Source: an uncultured virus (IMG/VR IMGVR_UViG_3300044948_000587) (taxonomy: Duplodnaviria; Heunggongvirae; Uroviricota; Caudoviricetes). From it: 64,000 bases of DNA. The stretch lies in IMG/VR virus record IMGVR_UViG_3300044948_000587; one strand, given 5' to 3'. The notes under the pieces were generated by a model that did not search any database, was not told the DNA's origin, and worked only from the letters and a program-made list of their open reading frames with translations. Of the stretch, positions 8,917 through 18,011 are shown piece by piece. Every line of letters begins with the position of its first letter. The first letter of the stretch is position 1. The translations under genes and the position numbers were made by a program.

Positions 8917-9866
8917 AACATTGGTTAAACCAAAATTTTAAAACATTAATTATTGCTGCATTTTTGATTCCAATCATTACTGTGGCAATTGTTTCTATTT
9001 CACACGTTACAAAATGGTATGGTATATCTAATCCTGTAAGTTGGGCTGTTTATTTGTCAATTGGAATTGAGATTGCCGCATTATCAGCATTGGCAGCCAT
9101 TTCCGCAAACATGGGTAAGAAAGTTTATTTTCCATTTGCGGTTGTGACATTAATTCAATTTATTGGTAACATATTTTTCGCATATACATATATCGACATC
9201 AACGGACAATCATTTAAAGATTGGGTTGATTTGGTATCCCCATTAACAGAATTAATGGGAGTTGACCCCACAGATATGATAGGTAATAAAAGATTTTTGG
9301 CATTTTTTGCTGGAGGTATGTTACCAATCATTTCATTATCTTTTCTACATATGTTAGTTAAATTTACCGAAGAAGATAGATTAAAAGAGAATGGATTAAT
9401 TCAAAATAAAGAACCTATATCTAATCCAGAAGAACTAAAAGATTTTGTTGATGAGACAACAAGAATACGTTTAAGTGAAAATGATTTAAAGAAACTTGAA
9501 GAAGTGTTATTAAATCCACCCCCACCAAATGATGAATTAAAGAAGGCGGCGGAAGAATATAAAAGACGTGGAGAGTTATTGGCGGAGATAATGAAGAATG
9601 ATGAAGAATTGGGTTTATATAACGAACCATTTGATAATCCATTAATTAAAGTAGAAGAAATTCATCAAATAAATGAAGATAGTGGAAAAAATTCATCAAA
9701 CAAGGAAGAATCTGAAGTTATAGTGGAAAATAAAACACTAACCGCTAAATTAGGGGAACTTAAAAAAAACGGGTATAAGGTCAGTCAACTTGAAGAAGAA
9801 GATATAACACCTGAAACTACAATTGAAACTACGTTACCTGAAAAGGAAGACGAAAAAAAAAAATAA
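8913..9866 (+). CDS. Multi-pass membrane protein with acidic tail; probable -1 frameshift extension to 10078
   Basis: About four TM helices in the first 150 aa. Ends GAA AAA AAA AAA TAA, with an open ATG-less -1 frame continuing to 10078. Confidence 0.7.
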   Translation: MKHWLNQNFKTLIIAAFLIPIITVAIVSISHVTKWYGISNPVSWAVYLSIGIEIAALSALAAISANMGKKVYFPFAVVTLIQFIGNIFFAYTYIDINGQSFKDWVDLVSPLTELMGVDPTDMIGNKRFLAFFAGGMLPIISLSFLHMLVKFTEEDRLKENGLIQNKEPISNPEELKDFVDETTRIRLSENDLKKLEEVLLNPPPPNDELKKAAEEYKRRGELLAEIMKNDEELGLYNEPFDNPLIKVEEIHQINEDSGKNSSNKEESEVIVENKTLTAKLGELKKNGYKVSQLEEEDITPETTIETTLPEKEDEKKK

Positions 9867-10099
9867 AAAGGTCAACATCCAAGAACCGCAAAAAAGAAAT
9901 CTCAGAATTTCCAGAGATTTTTAATCTCAACCCTACTTTACAAAGTCAAGAAGAAGAATTATATTGGGAAAAGGACGATATTAATCCAAATCAAATAATA
10001 TATGATTTGGAAAATAATAAAACCATAATCCCAACTTCCGATGAAGAATTAATTGGACCATCAACGGATGATAATTAGTTTTAAATTTTGATATATTAA

Positions 10100-10717
10100 A
10101 TGTTAGTAATAAATGATATTGAAACCTTAGATAAGGACAAATTAAATATTGTTAAAAGGAAATCCAAGAAAACACAAATTTTTCTTTACGACACTCAGAG
10201 AAGAGTTGATGATTTTGTTAATAAAATAAAACATAGAAAAAATGGTACATACGATGATGTACCACATTTTATAATTTCAAAATTGGGTTTGGTGTATCAG
10301 TTATTTGATACCGATTACAGTTCAAACACTTTTAATAACCCCAATAACGATAAGAAACAGATTAAAATTGCCATCGAGAATTTGGGGTGGTTAAATAAAA
10401 ATACAATCACTGGTGTCCTTAATAATTGGATTGATGACCCATATAGGTCCGAACCTTATGTTCGTAATTGGAGAAATTACTATTTTTGGGATAGATATGG
10501 AGAAGACCAATTAAAATCATTATCTGAATTGTGTACCTACCTCACGGAAAAACACAATATATACAAACAAGTCGTACCGTCCCAAGGATATATGGAAAAG
10601 GTATCTAATTTTAAGGGAATTGTTTGTAAATCCAATTTTTCAAGTATTTATACAGATATAAACCCGTCCTTTAATTTTAAGGTATTTTTCAATGATGCAA
10701 AAGAAAATGAAAACTGA
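10100..10717 (+). CDS. Amidase_2-fold (N-acetylmuramoyl-L-alanine amidase-like) protein with degenerate zinc ligands
   Basis: QIFLYDT, PHFIISKLGLVYQLFD, IAIENLGWL, YGEDQLKSL, TDINPSF. Confidence 0.6.
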   Translation: MLVINDIETLDKDKLNIVKRKSKKTQIFLYDTQRRVDDFVNKIKHRKNGTYDDVPHFIISKLGLVYQLFDTDYSSNTFNNPNNDKKQIKIAIENLGWLNKNTITGVLNNWIDDPYRSEPYVRNWRNYYFWDRYGEDQLKSLSELCTYLTEKHNIYKQVVPSQGYMEKVSNFKGIVCKSNFSSIYTDINPSFNFKVFFNDAKENEN

Positions 10718-11228
10718 TGAGTATGACGTAACAAAGAACATGTTAAAGACTATTAGAACTTTAACTGAGTCTAAGGTATCGTCCAATATCATCAATGAAA
10801 ACCAAACTGAACTCCAAACCCCTCAGGTCAACACCACTAACGATGAAAATCAAAAAAATGATATTGATGTGATTAATGATGTTGACGTTAAGTTATTATC
10901 AAGTGATCAAAACGACTTGAAATTAACTGATCAACAAAAAACCGCCATTTCTGAATTAATTGATGGATTTAAACAACAAGTTAGTCAAATTGTAGAATTT
11001 GAACCAGGAATGACATTAACCAGAGAACAAATAAGGTTAGATGGTTATTTACCTGATGAGGATATTAACTTTGTTTTTATCTCAGGTAAAGAAAGTGGGG
11101 TATATATTAACGCAGATATGTTAAAGTTAGAACAAGATGTTGCTACATCATTAGAAAAATTGGCAAAATTTGAAATAACATTTAAATCCGCGATGGACCC
11201 AATAATACAAGAAAGAACTAATAACTAA
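10707..11228 (+). CDS. Hypothetical protein (possible virion/head protein)
   Basis: Clean ORF in a tightly packed operon; ATG at 10707. Confidence 0.6.
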   Translation: MKTDEYDVTKNMLKTIRTLTESKVSSNIINENQTELQTPQVNTTNDENQKNDIDVINDVDVKLLSSDQNDLKLTDQQKTAISELIDGFKQQVSQIVEFEPGMTLTREQIRLDGYLPDEDINFVFISGKESGVYINADMLKLEQDVATSLEKLAKFEITFKSAMDPIIQERTNN

Positions 11229-11229
11229 A

Positions 11230-11469
11230 ATGGCATTAACAGATCAAGATAGAAGAGATATTGAAAAAATCACCAAAAAGGAGATTAAAGACTTTATGGA
11301 TTCAACTCAAGCAACCAAAATTGTTGTTAAAATGATTCAAGATGAATTGGGTACTAAAAAGATTGATGACAAAATTGTAGATTTGTCCACTAAGGTTGTG
11401 GTTGAGTTATTTAAAACCTTATGGCAAAGAAAGTCATTTTGGGAGAGCGCATTAAAGAATGTTAAATAA
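11230..11469 (+). CDS. Hypothetical protein
   Basis: ORF coupled to both neighbours (TAATG overlap downstream). Confidence 0.65.
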   Translation: MALTDQDRRDIEKITKKEIKDFMDSTQATKIVVKMIQDELGTKKIDDKIVDLSTKVVVELFKTLWQRKSFWESALKNVK

Positions 11470-12344
11470 TGGATAAAAAACTAATAGCAGATGAAATTGA
11501 TGAATTACAAAGAGTAGTTCAAGACCTCAAAAGAAATGAGGACCTTGATATTAGTCTTGGTAAATTAGTCACCGCTTTTAGTAAATCTAAAGAAGTTGAA
11601 TTAAGTAAAGATATTTGGGATAAATTAGAAAACACGGAATCAAACGACGTTGAGAAGGGTCAAATGAATTTGGTTAAAAAAATCGCCAAAAGATATGGTA
11701 AAACCGACCCCGAAATATTATCTAAGTCGTTAGAAAGTGGAGAATATCACCGTCCATTAATAGTTAAGTTAGATGGTGACAGATACCATTTAGTTGCGGG
11801 TAACACAAGATTGTGTACCGCCAAAGCAATGGGAATGATACCTAATGTGTTTATTGCGGACATATCAGGAAATAAAGAAGAGACCAAAGAATCCACAGAC
11901 GCTGGTTCATCTGGTTCATCTGAAGGTCCTCTATTTGGTAAATCGAGTACAATTAAAAGAAGAATCTCTAAAATCCCTAATATGAACCTAAATGAGGTTA
12001 CTACAGGGGATGCGGGTGAATATGATGTCCCATTATTTGGAACGTCACCAAAGGGTCGTAAAAACCCATTAAAGATAGATGGTCCTGATAGTATCTATAA
12101 GGGTAGGGCGGTAAAAGATAGGGATTTCCCAAAATGGGGTGGTCCTGATAGTGTTTTTGTTAAGGTAAAGGAAAAATGTAAAAAATTCCCTTATTGTAAC
12201 CAAGGAGATATGAATGCGTTAGAAATCATAAAAGAAGACGATGAATTGATATTAACAATTAAAGAAACGGCTAAAAAATACGGAATTTCATATAAACATA
12301 TGGAATCTATCGTATTAAATGAGATTAACAAGATATTTATTTAA
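11469..12344 (+). CDS. ParB/Srx-like domain protein
   Basis: LSKSLESGEYHRPLIVKLDGDRYHLVAGNTRLCTAKAMG matches the ParB N-terminal pattern P-I-V...Y-x-L-x-x-G-x-x-R. Confidence 0.6.
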   Translation: MDKKLIADEIDELQRVVQDLKRNEDLDISLGKLVTAFSKSKEVELSKDIWDKLENTESNDVEKGQMNLVKKIAKRYGKTDPEILSKSLESGEYHRPLIVKLDGDRYHLVAGNTRLCTAKAMGMIPNVFIADISGNKEETKESTDAGSSGSSEGPLFGKSSTIKRRISKIPNMNLNEVTTGDAGEYDVPLFGTSPKGRKNPLKIDGPDSIYKGRAVKDRDFPKWGGPDSVFVKVKEKCKKFPYCNQGDMNALEIIKEDDELILTIKETAKKYGISYKHMESIVLNEINKIFI

Positions 12345-12346
12345 TT

Positions 12347-13741
12347 ATGAAAGTAAGTGAACTAAACACCATTATTGAAAATATTTTATCTGAAGAAGTT
12401 AAGAGAGCAATCCTTAATGAATCTAAAGGTAAATCTAAAGAAGTATTTCACATAATTTGTGATGGGGAACCATATATGAATTGCGACACTCAAAATGAGG
12501 CTGAAGAACACTTAGATAAATTAAAAAAAGAACATCCAGGTAAACAATTTATCATCGAAAAAACAATGTACGAATCTCATGAAGATATGTTACATAAATT
12601 AGATAAAATGGGTGAACAATTAGAAGAAAAAGAAAATACAAATATGGAAAATCAAGAACCAATGGAAGGTAACTCTTTCGGTCAAGCGGTATTAAACGCA
12701 AAAGAAAAGGGAGAAAAGACTTTTGAATTTGACGGAGAACAACATGATGTTGAGGAATGTTGGAAACAATTAGAAGAAGAAGAGATGGTTGGCACAATGG
12801 AAGAAAAGAAAGAAGAAGATGAAGAAGATGAAGAAGACGAAGGACCATATAGTGATTGTTGTGGTGCACATACCGATATGCCAGAATATGGAATTTGTCC
12901 TGAATGTAGAGAACATTGTGGTTGGGTGAACGGAAATGGTGATGAGATTGATATTTCAGAAGAAAAAGAATGTAAAGAATGTGGACAACCTATGGAAGAA
13001 GAGGGTGTCGATTTTGAAAAAATATTAAGAGGTAAAAAAACTGAAGTTGCTGAAGAAAAAACTACATGTGAAAGCGGAGGAATGTATGAGTCTAAAAAGA
13101 AAACTGTACGTTTAACTGAAACTGAACTAACTAATTTAATTGCTAAGATGGTTAGTGAATCTGTACCAGGATTAGAAGTTACAAAAAAATCACATACTGA
13201 AAGTGGTAAAGAAAATTCATCACATTTAAAAGATGTTGATAAGAAAATGAAAGATTACTTATCATTTGATGGTAATGACAATCCTGAGTTTCCTAAACCA
13301 ATAGGTAAAGGAGAAAAGGTTGCAAGAAAAAATACACAAAAACAAGAAGACGAAATTAAGAAAAATTTTGCAGGTTTAGAAAATTTAGATTACGATATTG
13401 AGCCAGATGAAAACTTTAAGAAAAGATTGAAGATGGCAATAGATGGTGATAGATTAATGGGTAATGCTCCTACCACAGAAAAAACTAATGTAGTTCCATC
13501 TAATGGTTCTAAATTAGGAGAAGAACCTAAAGATAAAGATGGTAATAGTATCCCAACACCTGAAACCGCAAAGAAGATTGAAAAACAAGTTAAGGATAGA
13601 GGAGAAGATAAAAAGAACAGAGTATTGTATAAAAAAGAAAAAGTTCCAGTTAGTGAATCTAAAACAACATTAAATAGTGTTCTTTTAGAAGAAATAAACA
13701 AAATGAAGAAAATTTCGGAATACAACAAAAAAACTCAATAG
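12347..13741 (+). CDS. Acidic Cys-cluster protein, putative internal head protein
   Basis: Glu-rich; SDCCGA, CPECREHCG, ECKECG; KKTVRLTETELTNLIAKMVSE motif. Confidence 0.55.
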   Translation: MKVSELNTIIENILSEEVKRAILNESKGKSKEVFHIICDGEPYMNCDTQNEAEEHLDKLKKEHPGKQFIIEKTMYESHEDMLHKLDKMGEQLEEKENTNMENQEPMEGNSFGQAVLNAKEKGEKTFEFDGEQHDVEECWKQLEEEEMVGTMEEKKEEDEEDEEDEGPYSDCCGAHTDMPEYGICPECREHCGWVNGNGDEIDISEEKECKECGQPMEEEGVDFEKILRGKKTEVAEEKTTCESGGMYESKKKTVRLTETELTNLIAKMVSESVPGLEVTKKSHTESGKENSSHLKDVDKKMKDYLSFDGNDNPEFPKPIGKGEKVARKNTQKQEDEIKKNFAGLENLDYDIEPDENFKKRLKMAIDGDRLMGNAPTTEKTNVVPSNGSKLGEEPKDKDGNSIPTPETAKKIEKQVKDRGEDKKNRVLYKKEKVPVSESKTTLNSVLLEEINKMKKISEYNKKTQ

Positions 13742-13791
13742 TGTCTTTTTTTTATTTTGATTTATCCTTATATTAGTAATATTATAAGGTT

Positions 13792-14247
13792 ATGGAAAAT
13801 AAAGAGGACTACTTAGATTTTATCTCATCTGAGAATTACAAAAATCAAATCGACATTTGGTATCGAACTTACAATATAAGTCGTGAAAAAATAGAACTTT
13901 TTCACGATTTTGTCGTTTCATTATATTCAATAATAGATGAAACATATTTGGGACCTGATATTTTATTCACGGAAGTAGACCAAAAAAATCATTTTACATG
14001 GTGTTGGGACAAAATCATCAATAACTTCAGCAAAGAAAAAATATTCTTTAAAGAAAGGGGTAATTGTTACGAATACTGTTGGAACTTCTTTTTGGAAGCG
14101 TTCTATTTTGCACAAATGGATGGTAATCAATTAAGAATAAGTGATTACTTCTTTAACTTATTCAATTTTAAGCATAGAAAAACAAGGTCGGAATTAGACA
14201 TGTTAACCGAAGTTTATAAAATGTTTGAACAAAACTTGAAAAAGTAA
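13792..14247 (+). CDS. Hypothetical protein
   Basis: Clean 151 aa ORF with a promoter-like TATATTAG upstream. Confidence 0.65.
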   Translation: MENKEDYLDFISSENYKNQIDIWYRTYNISREKIELFHDFVVSLYSIIDETYLGPDILFTEVDQKNHFTWCWDKIINNFSKEKIFFKERGNCYEYCWNFFLEAFYFAQMDGNQLRISDYFFNLFNFKHRKTRSELDMLTEVYKMFEQNLKK

Positions 14248-14266
14248 AATTTTTTTCATATATTAC
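14235..14266 (+). promoter_or_regulatory. Bacteroidota-type promoter variant
   Basis: CTTG (14235-14238)-N20-TATATTAC (14259-14266) upstream of the Hc1-like gene. Confidence 0.45.
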
Positions 14267-14285
14267 TATTAAAAACCGAGATATT

Positions 14286-14465
14286 ATGGAAACTTTAAAA
14301 AAAATAAAGGACCTAGTTGAGAGAATGTCCGTCGATACACAAAAGGTATACGATAAAGGAAATCGAAGTGCATCCATTAGGGCTAGAAAATATGCACAGG
14401 AAATAAAAATCCTTATTGCGGTATATCGTAGGGATATTTTAGAAGAAATTAAAAAACATGATTGA
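14286..14465 (+). CDS. Histone H1-like (Hc1 family) small DNA-binding protein; missed by ORF track
   Basis: 59 aa METLKKIKDLVERMSVDTQKVYDKGNRSASIRARKYAQEIK...; the KGN-x-A-x-x-RARK motif is typical of Hc1-like proteins. Confidence 0.75.
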   Translation: METLKKIKDLVERMSVDTQKVYDKGNRSASIRARKYAQEIKILIAVYRRDILEEIKKHD

Positions 14466-14637
14466 ACAAATTAAACTTTTTTTATTCGTGATGAGTATTA
14501 TATACACATTACGATTTGTTGTTGAGTTTGTGGTAAGGCTCACACAAGAAAATCCTGAACCTATGACAATGTCAAAATTAGATCAGGTGTTTCAAATTAT
14601 ATCATTATCATACATAATAACCTACATTTTAATTTAA
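14458..14637 (+). CDS. Small two-TM membrane protein; missed by ORF track
   Basis: 59 aa MIEQIKLFLFVMSIIYTLRFVVEFVV...IISLSYIITYILI; exactly fills the gap between genes. Confidence 0.65.
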   Translation: MIEQIKLFLFVMSIIYTLRFVVEFVVRLTQENPEPMTMSKLDQVFQIISLSYIITYILI

Positions 14638-14641
14638 AAAC

Positions 14642-15097
14642 GTGTTTGAAAATATAAAATCATTAAGGCCTCATTTTCATTCTTTAAGAGAAATTGAAGG
14701 TAATGTTAGTTTAGACATTAAGTTACCATTGAATTGGAAATTTGAGGAAATAATAAAACCATATAGGTCAATTAAAGTTAAACTACAAGATAAGAATGAG
14801 AAATATACTTTATTATCTTTAGTAACTAACGCCACGCAAGAAGGTTACGATGTTATTTTTGCATGTGCGTTAGAAGTACTTACACAAAACAAAGAGGAAG
14901 AAGAAAAACAAAAGTTGTTTCAACAAAAAGTTAAAGAGTTACAACAATTATTTCAAAACGAAAAGTTAGATAAATTAAAAGATATAAACCTACTTGAGGA
15001 TTATGGACAAGAGATTACAACAAGGACTGAATTGGTTGACGAAGGAGACGGAGAAGGACAAACTGGAGATACAGACGCACAAGAATCAGTTGATTAA
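14642..15097 (+). CDS. Hypothetical protein
   Basis: GTG-start ORF with coiled-coil C-terminal half. Confidence 0.6.
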   Translation: MFENIKSLRPHFHSLREIEGNVSLDIKLPLNWKFEEIIKPYRSIKVKLQDKNEKYTLLSLVTNATQEGYDVIFACALEVLTQNKEEEEKQKLFQQKVKELQQLFQNEKLDKLKDINLLEDYGQEITTRTELVDEGDGEGQTGDTDAQESVD

Positions 15098-15206
15098 GGA
15101 ATTAAAACAACTTGATAAAAGTGAAATGTTTAAACCAGAAATAAAAAAGAAGATATCTATAATAGATAAGATATTAAAGATATTAGGATATGGAAAAAAA
15201 AGGTGA
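15003..15206 (+). CDS. Hypothetical protein
   Basis: ATG at 15003; overlaps both neighbours. Confidence 0.55.
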   Translation: MDKRLQQGLNWLTKETEKDKLEIQTHKNQLIKELKQLDKSEMFKPEIKKKISIIDKILKILGYGKKR

Positions 15207-15423
15207 CATATTAAATCAACTCGCAATCATTAGCGATTTATTAGAAAAAGTTAATGTTAAAGTTGAATCCAAAACTATTGTTTTTGAATTATCAAAAATT
15301 GAATACGAAAAGGTATTGACTACTCTTCAAAAGAAATACGGAAAACGAATGGATGCACCCGACGGTAAATTCAACATATCTATTGGTGAGGTTGAAATTG
15401 TTTTTAATATGAGTAATGTCTAA
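15190..15423 (+). CDS. Hypothetical protein
   Basis: 77 aa ORF convergent with the minus-strand gene. Confidence 0.55.
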   Translation: MEKKGDILNQLAIISDLLEKVNVKVESKTIVFELSKIEYEKVLTTLQKKYGKRMDAPDGKFNISIGEVEIVFNMSNV

Positions 15424-16042
15424 ATAATTCTCTACGTTTAAATCCTTTTAATTCTAATAAATTATAAAGTAACGTTCTTTGATGGGTTGTAATATCTTTT
15501 ACAAATATAAAATTACCCTTTTTTCTTCTTATTAAATCTTCTTTTATTATATTGAATAATCTTTCAGAGTCATCTTTATTTTTATTACCATATAATTTAA
15601 CATCCTCTTCTATTTGAACAAAAATTTTATTGTTTAATGTAAAAATTTGAGCAATTTCAGTTATCGGTGTAATTTTATCCATCATCTCATGATAACGAAT
15701 TCTTTTTTTAGTTTGAAAATCGTATATCAGTTCTTCTTGCCAATATGTTATAATTTCCTTTATTCTAAATTTATCCCCCTCAATGAGAGCGGGTTCATTT
15801 CTGCCCAAACTATCTTTAACCCAAGTCGTGGTTGCCCATCTATTATTTGGAAACACCAATGCTAATTCAAATACCAATTCTTGATTTCTTTTTCCCCCTT
15901 GTTGTTTTACGTAAGGTGGTTTTTTTTCTGTCTTAAACTCCCTCCAATATTCATATACGGTGTTACGAGTCATACATCTGTATAATATTTTAACTCTTTT
16001 TTTGTTACTAAAAAGAACTATAAAATATTTCCCGTTTTTCAT
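15404..16042 (-). CDS. Hypothetical protein
   Basis: Likely start MKNGKY at 16042, with ATGA overlap to the upstream small ORF. Confidence 0.65.
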   Translation of the reverse strand: MKNGKYFIVLFSNKKRVKILYRCMTRNTVYEYWREFKTEKKPPYVKQQGGKRNQELVFELALVFPNNRWATTTWVKDSLGRNEPALIEGDKFRIKEIITYWQEELIYDFQTKKRIRYHEMMDKITPITEIAQIFTLNNKIFVQIEEDVKLYGNKNKDDSERLFNIIKEDLIRRKKGNFIFVKDITTHQRTLLYNLLELKGFKRRELFRHYSY

Positions 16043-16194
16043 AAGATATTGGTTATTAAAGAATAAAGACCATATATCGCCAATCCAGACCAAATAATAA
16101 CAAAAATAACAACCCCTTTTGGAAAGTCATTTGTTTTATCATAAACGTCCTTATACGATTCGGAACTATTCTTTTTACAATTTGTACATGCCAT
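16039..16194 (-). CDS. Small CxxC membrane protein; missed by ORF track
   Basis: 51 aa MACTNCKK...GVVIFVIIWSGLAIYGLYSLITNIL. Confidence 0.6.
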   Translation of the reverse strand: MACTNCKKNSSESYKDVYDKTNDFPKGVVIFVIIWSGLAIYGLYSLITNIL

Positions 16195-16267
16195 AATCAA
16201 ATATATACCATTTATTTCTTTTTGTAAAATTTTTTAGTTATATTTTTTAATATAAATAAAAATAAAG

Positions 16268-17110
16268 ATGATATCTTATATTGGTGGTAAAGCACGTATT
16301 GGTAAGTGGATAGTTCCACAAATACCAACTGACATTGAAACATATGTTGAAGGATTTTCAGGAATGTTTTGGGTCTTTTTTAATATGGATTTAAGTAAAT
16401 TCCCGAATTTAAATAAAGTTGTTTATAATGACTTTAACAGATTGAATGCCAATCTGATGAAATGGTCAAAACAATATGATATATTATGGAACGAATTGGC
16501 AAAATATCCATGTCAACAATTAGGAGTTGTAGATACACCACCAGAATATGCTGAGATGTTTAAACAATATCAGAAAGAAGTTTTTAATGATGATTTAGTT
16601 ATAACAGAAGAAAATAGTTTGGAAATTGCGGGTAAGTATGTTTATGTCTTATGTCAAGTATTTTCAGGTTCAAAACCCGAAACTGCGGCTTACACCGACT
16701 ACAAAGGAAAATATCGTTGTAAAGTTCTTATCTTTATGGATAAGTTAAAGAACCCAAAATACCGTGAACATTTTGATAAGTTAACATTTGTCGAGAACAT
16801 GGATTTTGAGGCGGTCGTTGAAAAATACGATTCACCAACAACTTATTTCTATATGGACCCACCATATTGGAAAACTGAAAATTACTATTCAAATCATGAC
16901 TTTGATGTGAATGATCACACACGATTGGCGGAATGTATTAAAAATATCCAAGGTAAATTTAGTTTATCGTATTATGATTTTCCTAAATTGGTTGAATGGT
17001 TTCCAAAAGATGAATATAAATGGAATCAAAAAGATTTCGCAAAGGCGGCTGCAGCTAAAAAAGACGGTAAACAAAATATGGGCACCGAACTTTTAATTAT
17101 GAATTATTAA
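16268..17110 (+). CDS. Dam-like N6-adenine DNA methyltransferase (orphan)
   Basis: SYIGGKA, YVEGFSG, YND, FYMDPPY, ELLIMNY. Confidence 0.88.
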   Translation: MISYIGGKARIGKWIVPQIPTDIETYVEGFSGMFWVFFNMDLSKFPNLNKVVYNDFNRLNANLMKWSKQYDILWNELAKYPCQQLGVVDTPPEYAEMFKQYQKEVFNDDLVITEENSLEIAGKYVYVLCQVFSGSKPETAAYTDYKGKYRCKVLIFMDKLKNPKYREHFDKLTFVENMDFEAVVEKYDSPTTYFYMDPPYWKTENYYSNHDFDVNDHTRLAECIKNIQGKFSLSYYDFPKLVEWFPKDEYKWNQKDFAKAAAAKKDGKQNMGTELLIMNY

Positions 17111-17134
17111 AATAATATTTATTAAAAAAAGAGT

Positions 17135-17662
17135 ATGGAATTAAGTTGGTATGTGGTAAAAGTTTTACCCGGAAAAGAAAGGTCATTAACCGAAGAATTT
17201 AATAAACAAATTTTATTAGGTAAAATGAAAAACATAAATCGTTTTGTTTGTCCAACCGAAAAGGAGTTTAAGGTGGTAAAAAACAAAAAAGTTTTAAGAG
17301 AAAGGGTTTTATATAGTGGGTACCTTTATTTTGAATCCCCATCAAAATTAAGTGAATCCGATTTAAAAACAATCTCATTAACACCAAATATTATGGGAAT
17401 GATGGGAGATAGAATTCCAGTATTATTAAGGGAAAATGATATTAAACGAATTTTAAAAGACGATTCTTTAGATGAACATATAGAATCTAAAAAATTAAAA
17501 TATATTGTTGGTGAAGTTGTAAGTGTTATTGAAGGACCATTTTCATCGTTTGAAGCAACTATTTCAGAAATTAAGGGAGAAAAAGTTGATCTTGAAATTA
17601 AAATATTTGGCAGAAACACACCAGTATCATTAACGATAAATCAAATTGAAAAATTAAAATGA
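17135..17662 (+). CDS. nusG: Transcription elongation/antitermination factor NusG
   Basis: WYVVKV..GKE NGN domain, YSGYLY, KOW motif GEVVSVIEGPFSSF, IFGRNTPV. Confidence 0.92.
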   Translation: MELSWYVVKVLPGKERSLTEEFNKQILLGKMKNINRFVCPTEKEFKVVKNKKVLRERVLYSGYLYFESPSKLSESDLKTISLTPNIMGMMGDRIPVLLRENDIKRILKDDSLDEHIESKKLKYIVGEVVSVIEGPFSSFEATISEIKGEKVDLEIKIFGRNTPVSLTINQIEKLK

Positions 17663-17976
17663 AATTATCCCCCGAAGTATTAACATATATCCAAACAGTT
17701 AAAAATTATTTAAAAAAGAATGATGAAGCCCGAAAATATTTTTTAACGGGTGTTGATGAAGATTTTTTTTTCCAACATTTAAGTGAAATCTCTCAAAAAA
17801 ATTTCAACTCATTAGGTGAAGCGATGTTAAATAAAGAACAATTTGATTTATTAAGAAACACAATGAAGGCAATCTCAATCGTAAATAAATCAAAAATAGA
17901 AGATACACAAGTTATTAATCCTGAAGAAAATATCTTTATAGATATGAGAGGTTTAAGTAAAATTTGTCTTAACTAA
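17659..17976 (+). CDS. Hypothetical protein
   Basis: ATGA-coupled ORF. Confidence 0.6.
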   Translation: MKLSPEVLTYIQTVKNYLKKNDEARKYFLTGVDEDFFFQHLSEISQKNFNSLGEAMLNKEQFDLLRNTMKAISIVNKSKIEDTQVINPEENIFIDMRGLSKICLN

Positions 17977-18011
17977 CTTTATTTTTAAATTTAAATATAT
18001 TACATTATACC

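Noticed and set aside
9862..9924. +1 frameshift alternative at the A11 run
   Set aside because: The +1 frame stops after about 20 codons; only the -1 frame spans the gap
14168..14377. Listed minus-strand 69 aa ORF
   Set aside because: It overlaps the better-supported plus-strand Hc1-like gene (14286-14465) and its promoter
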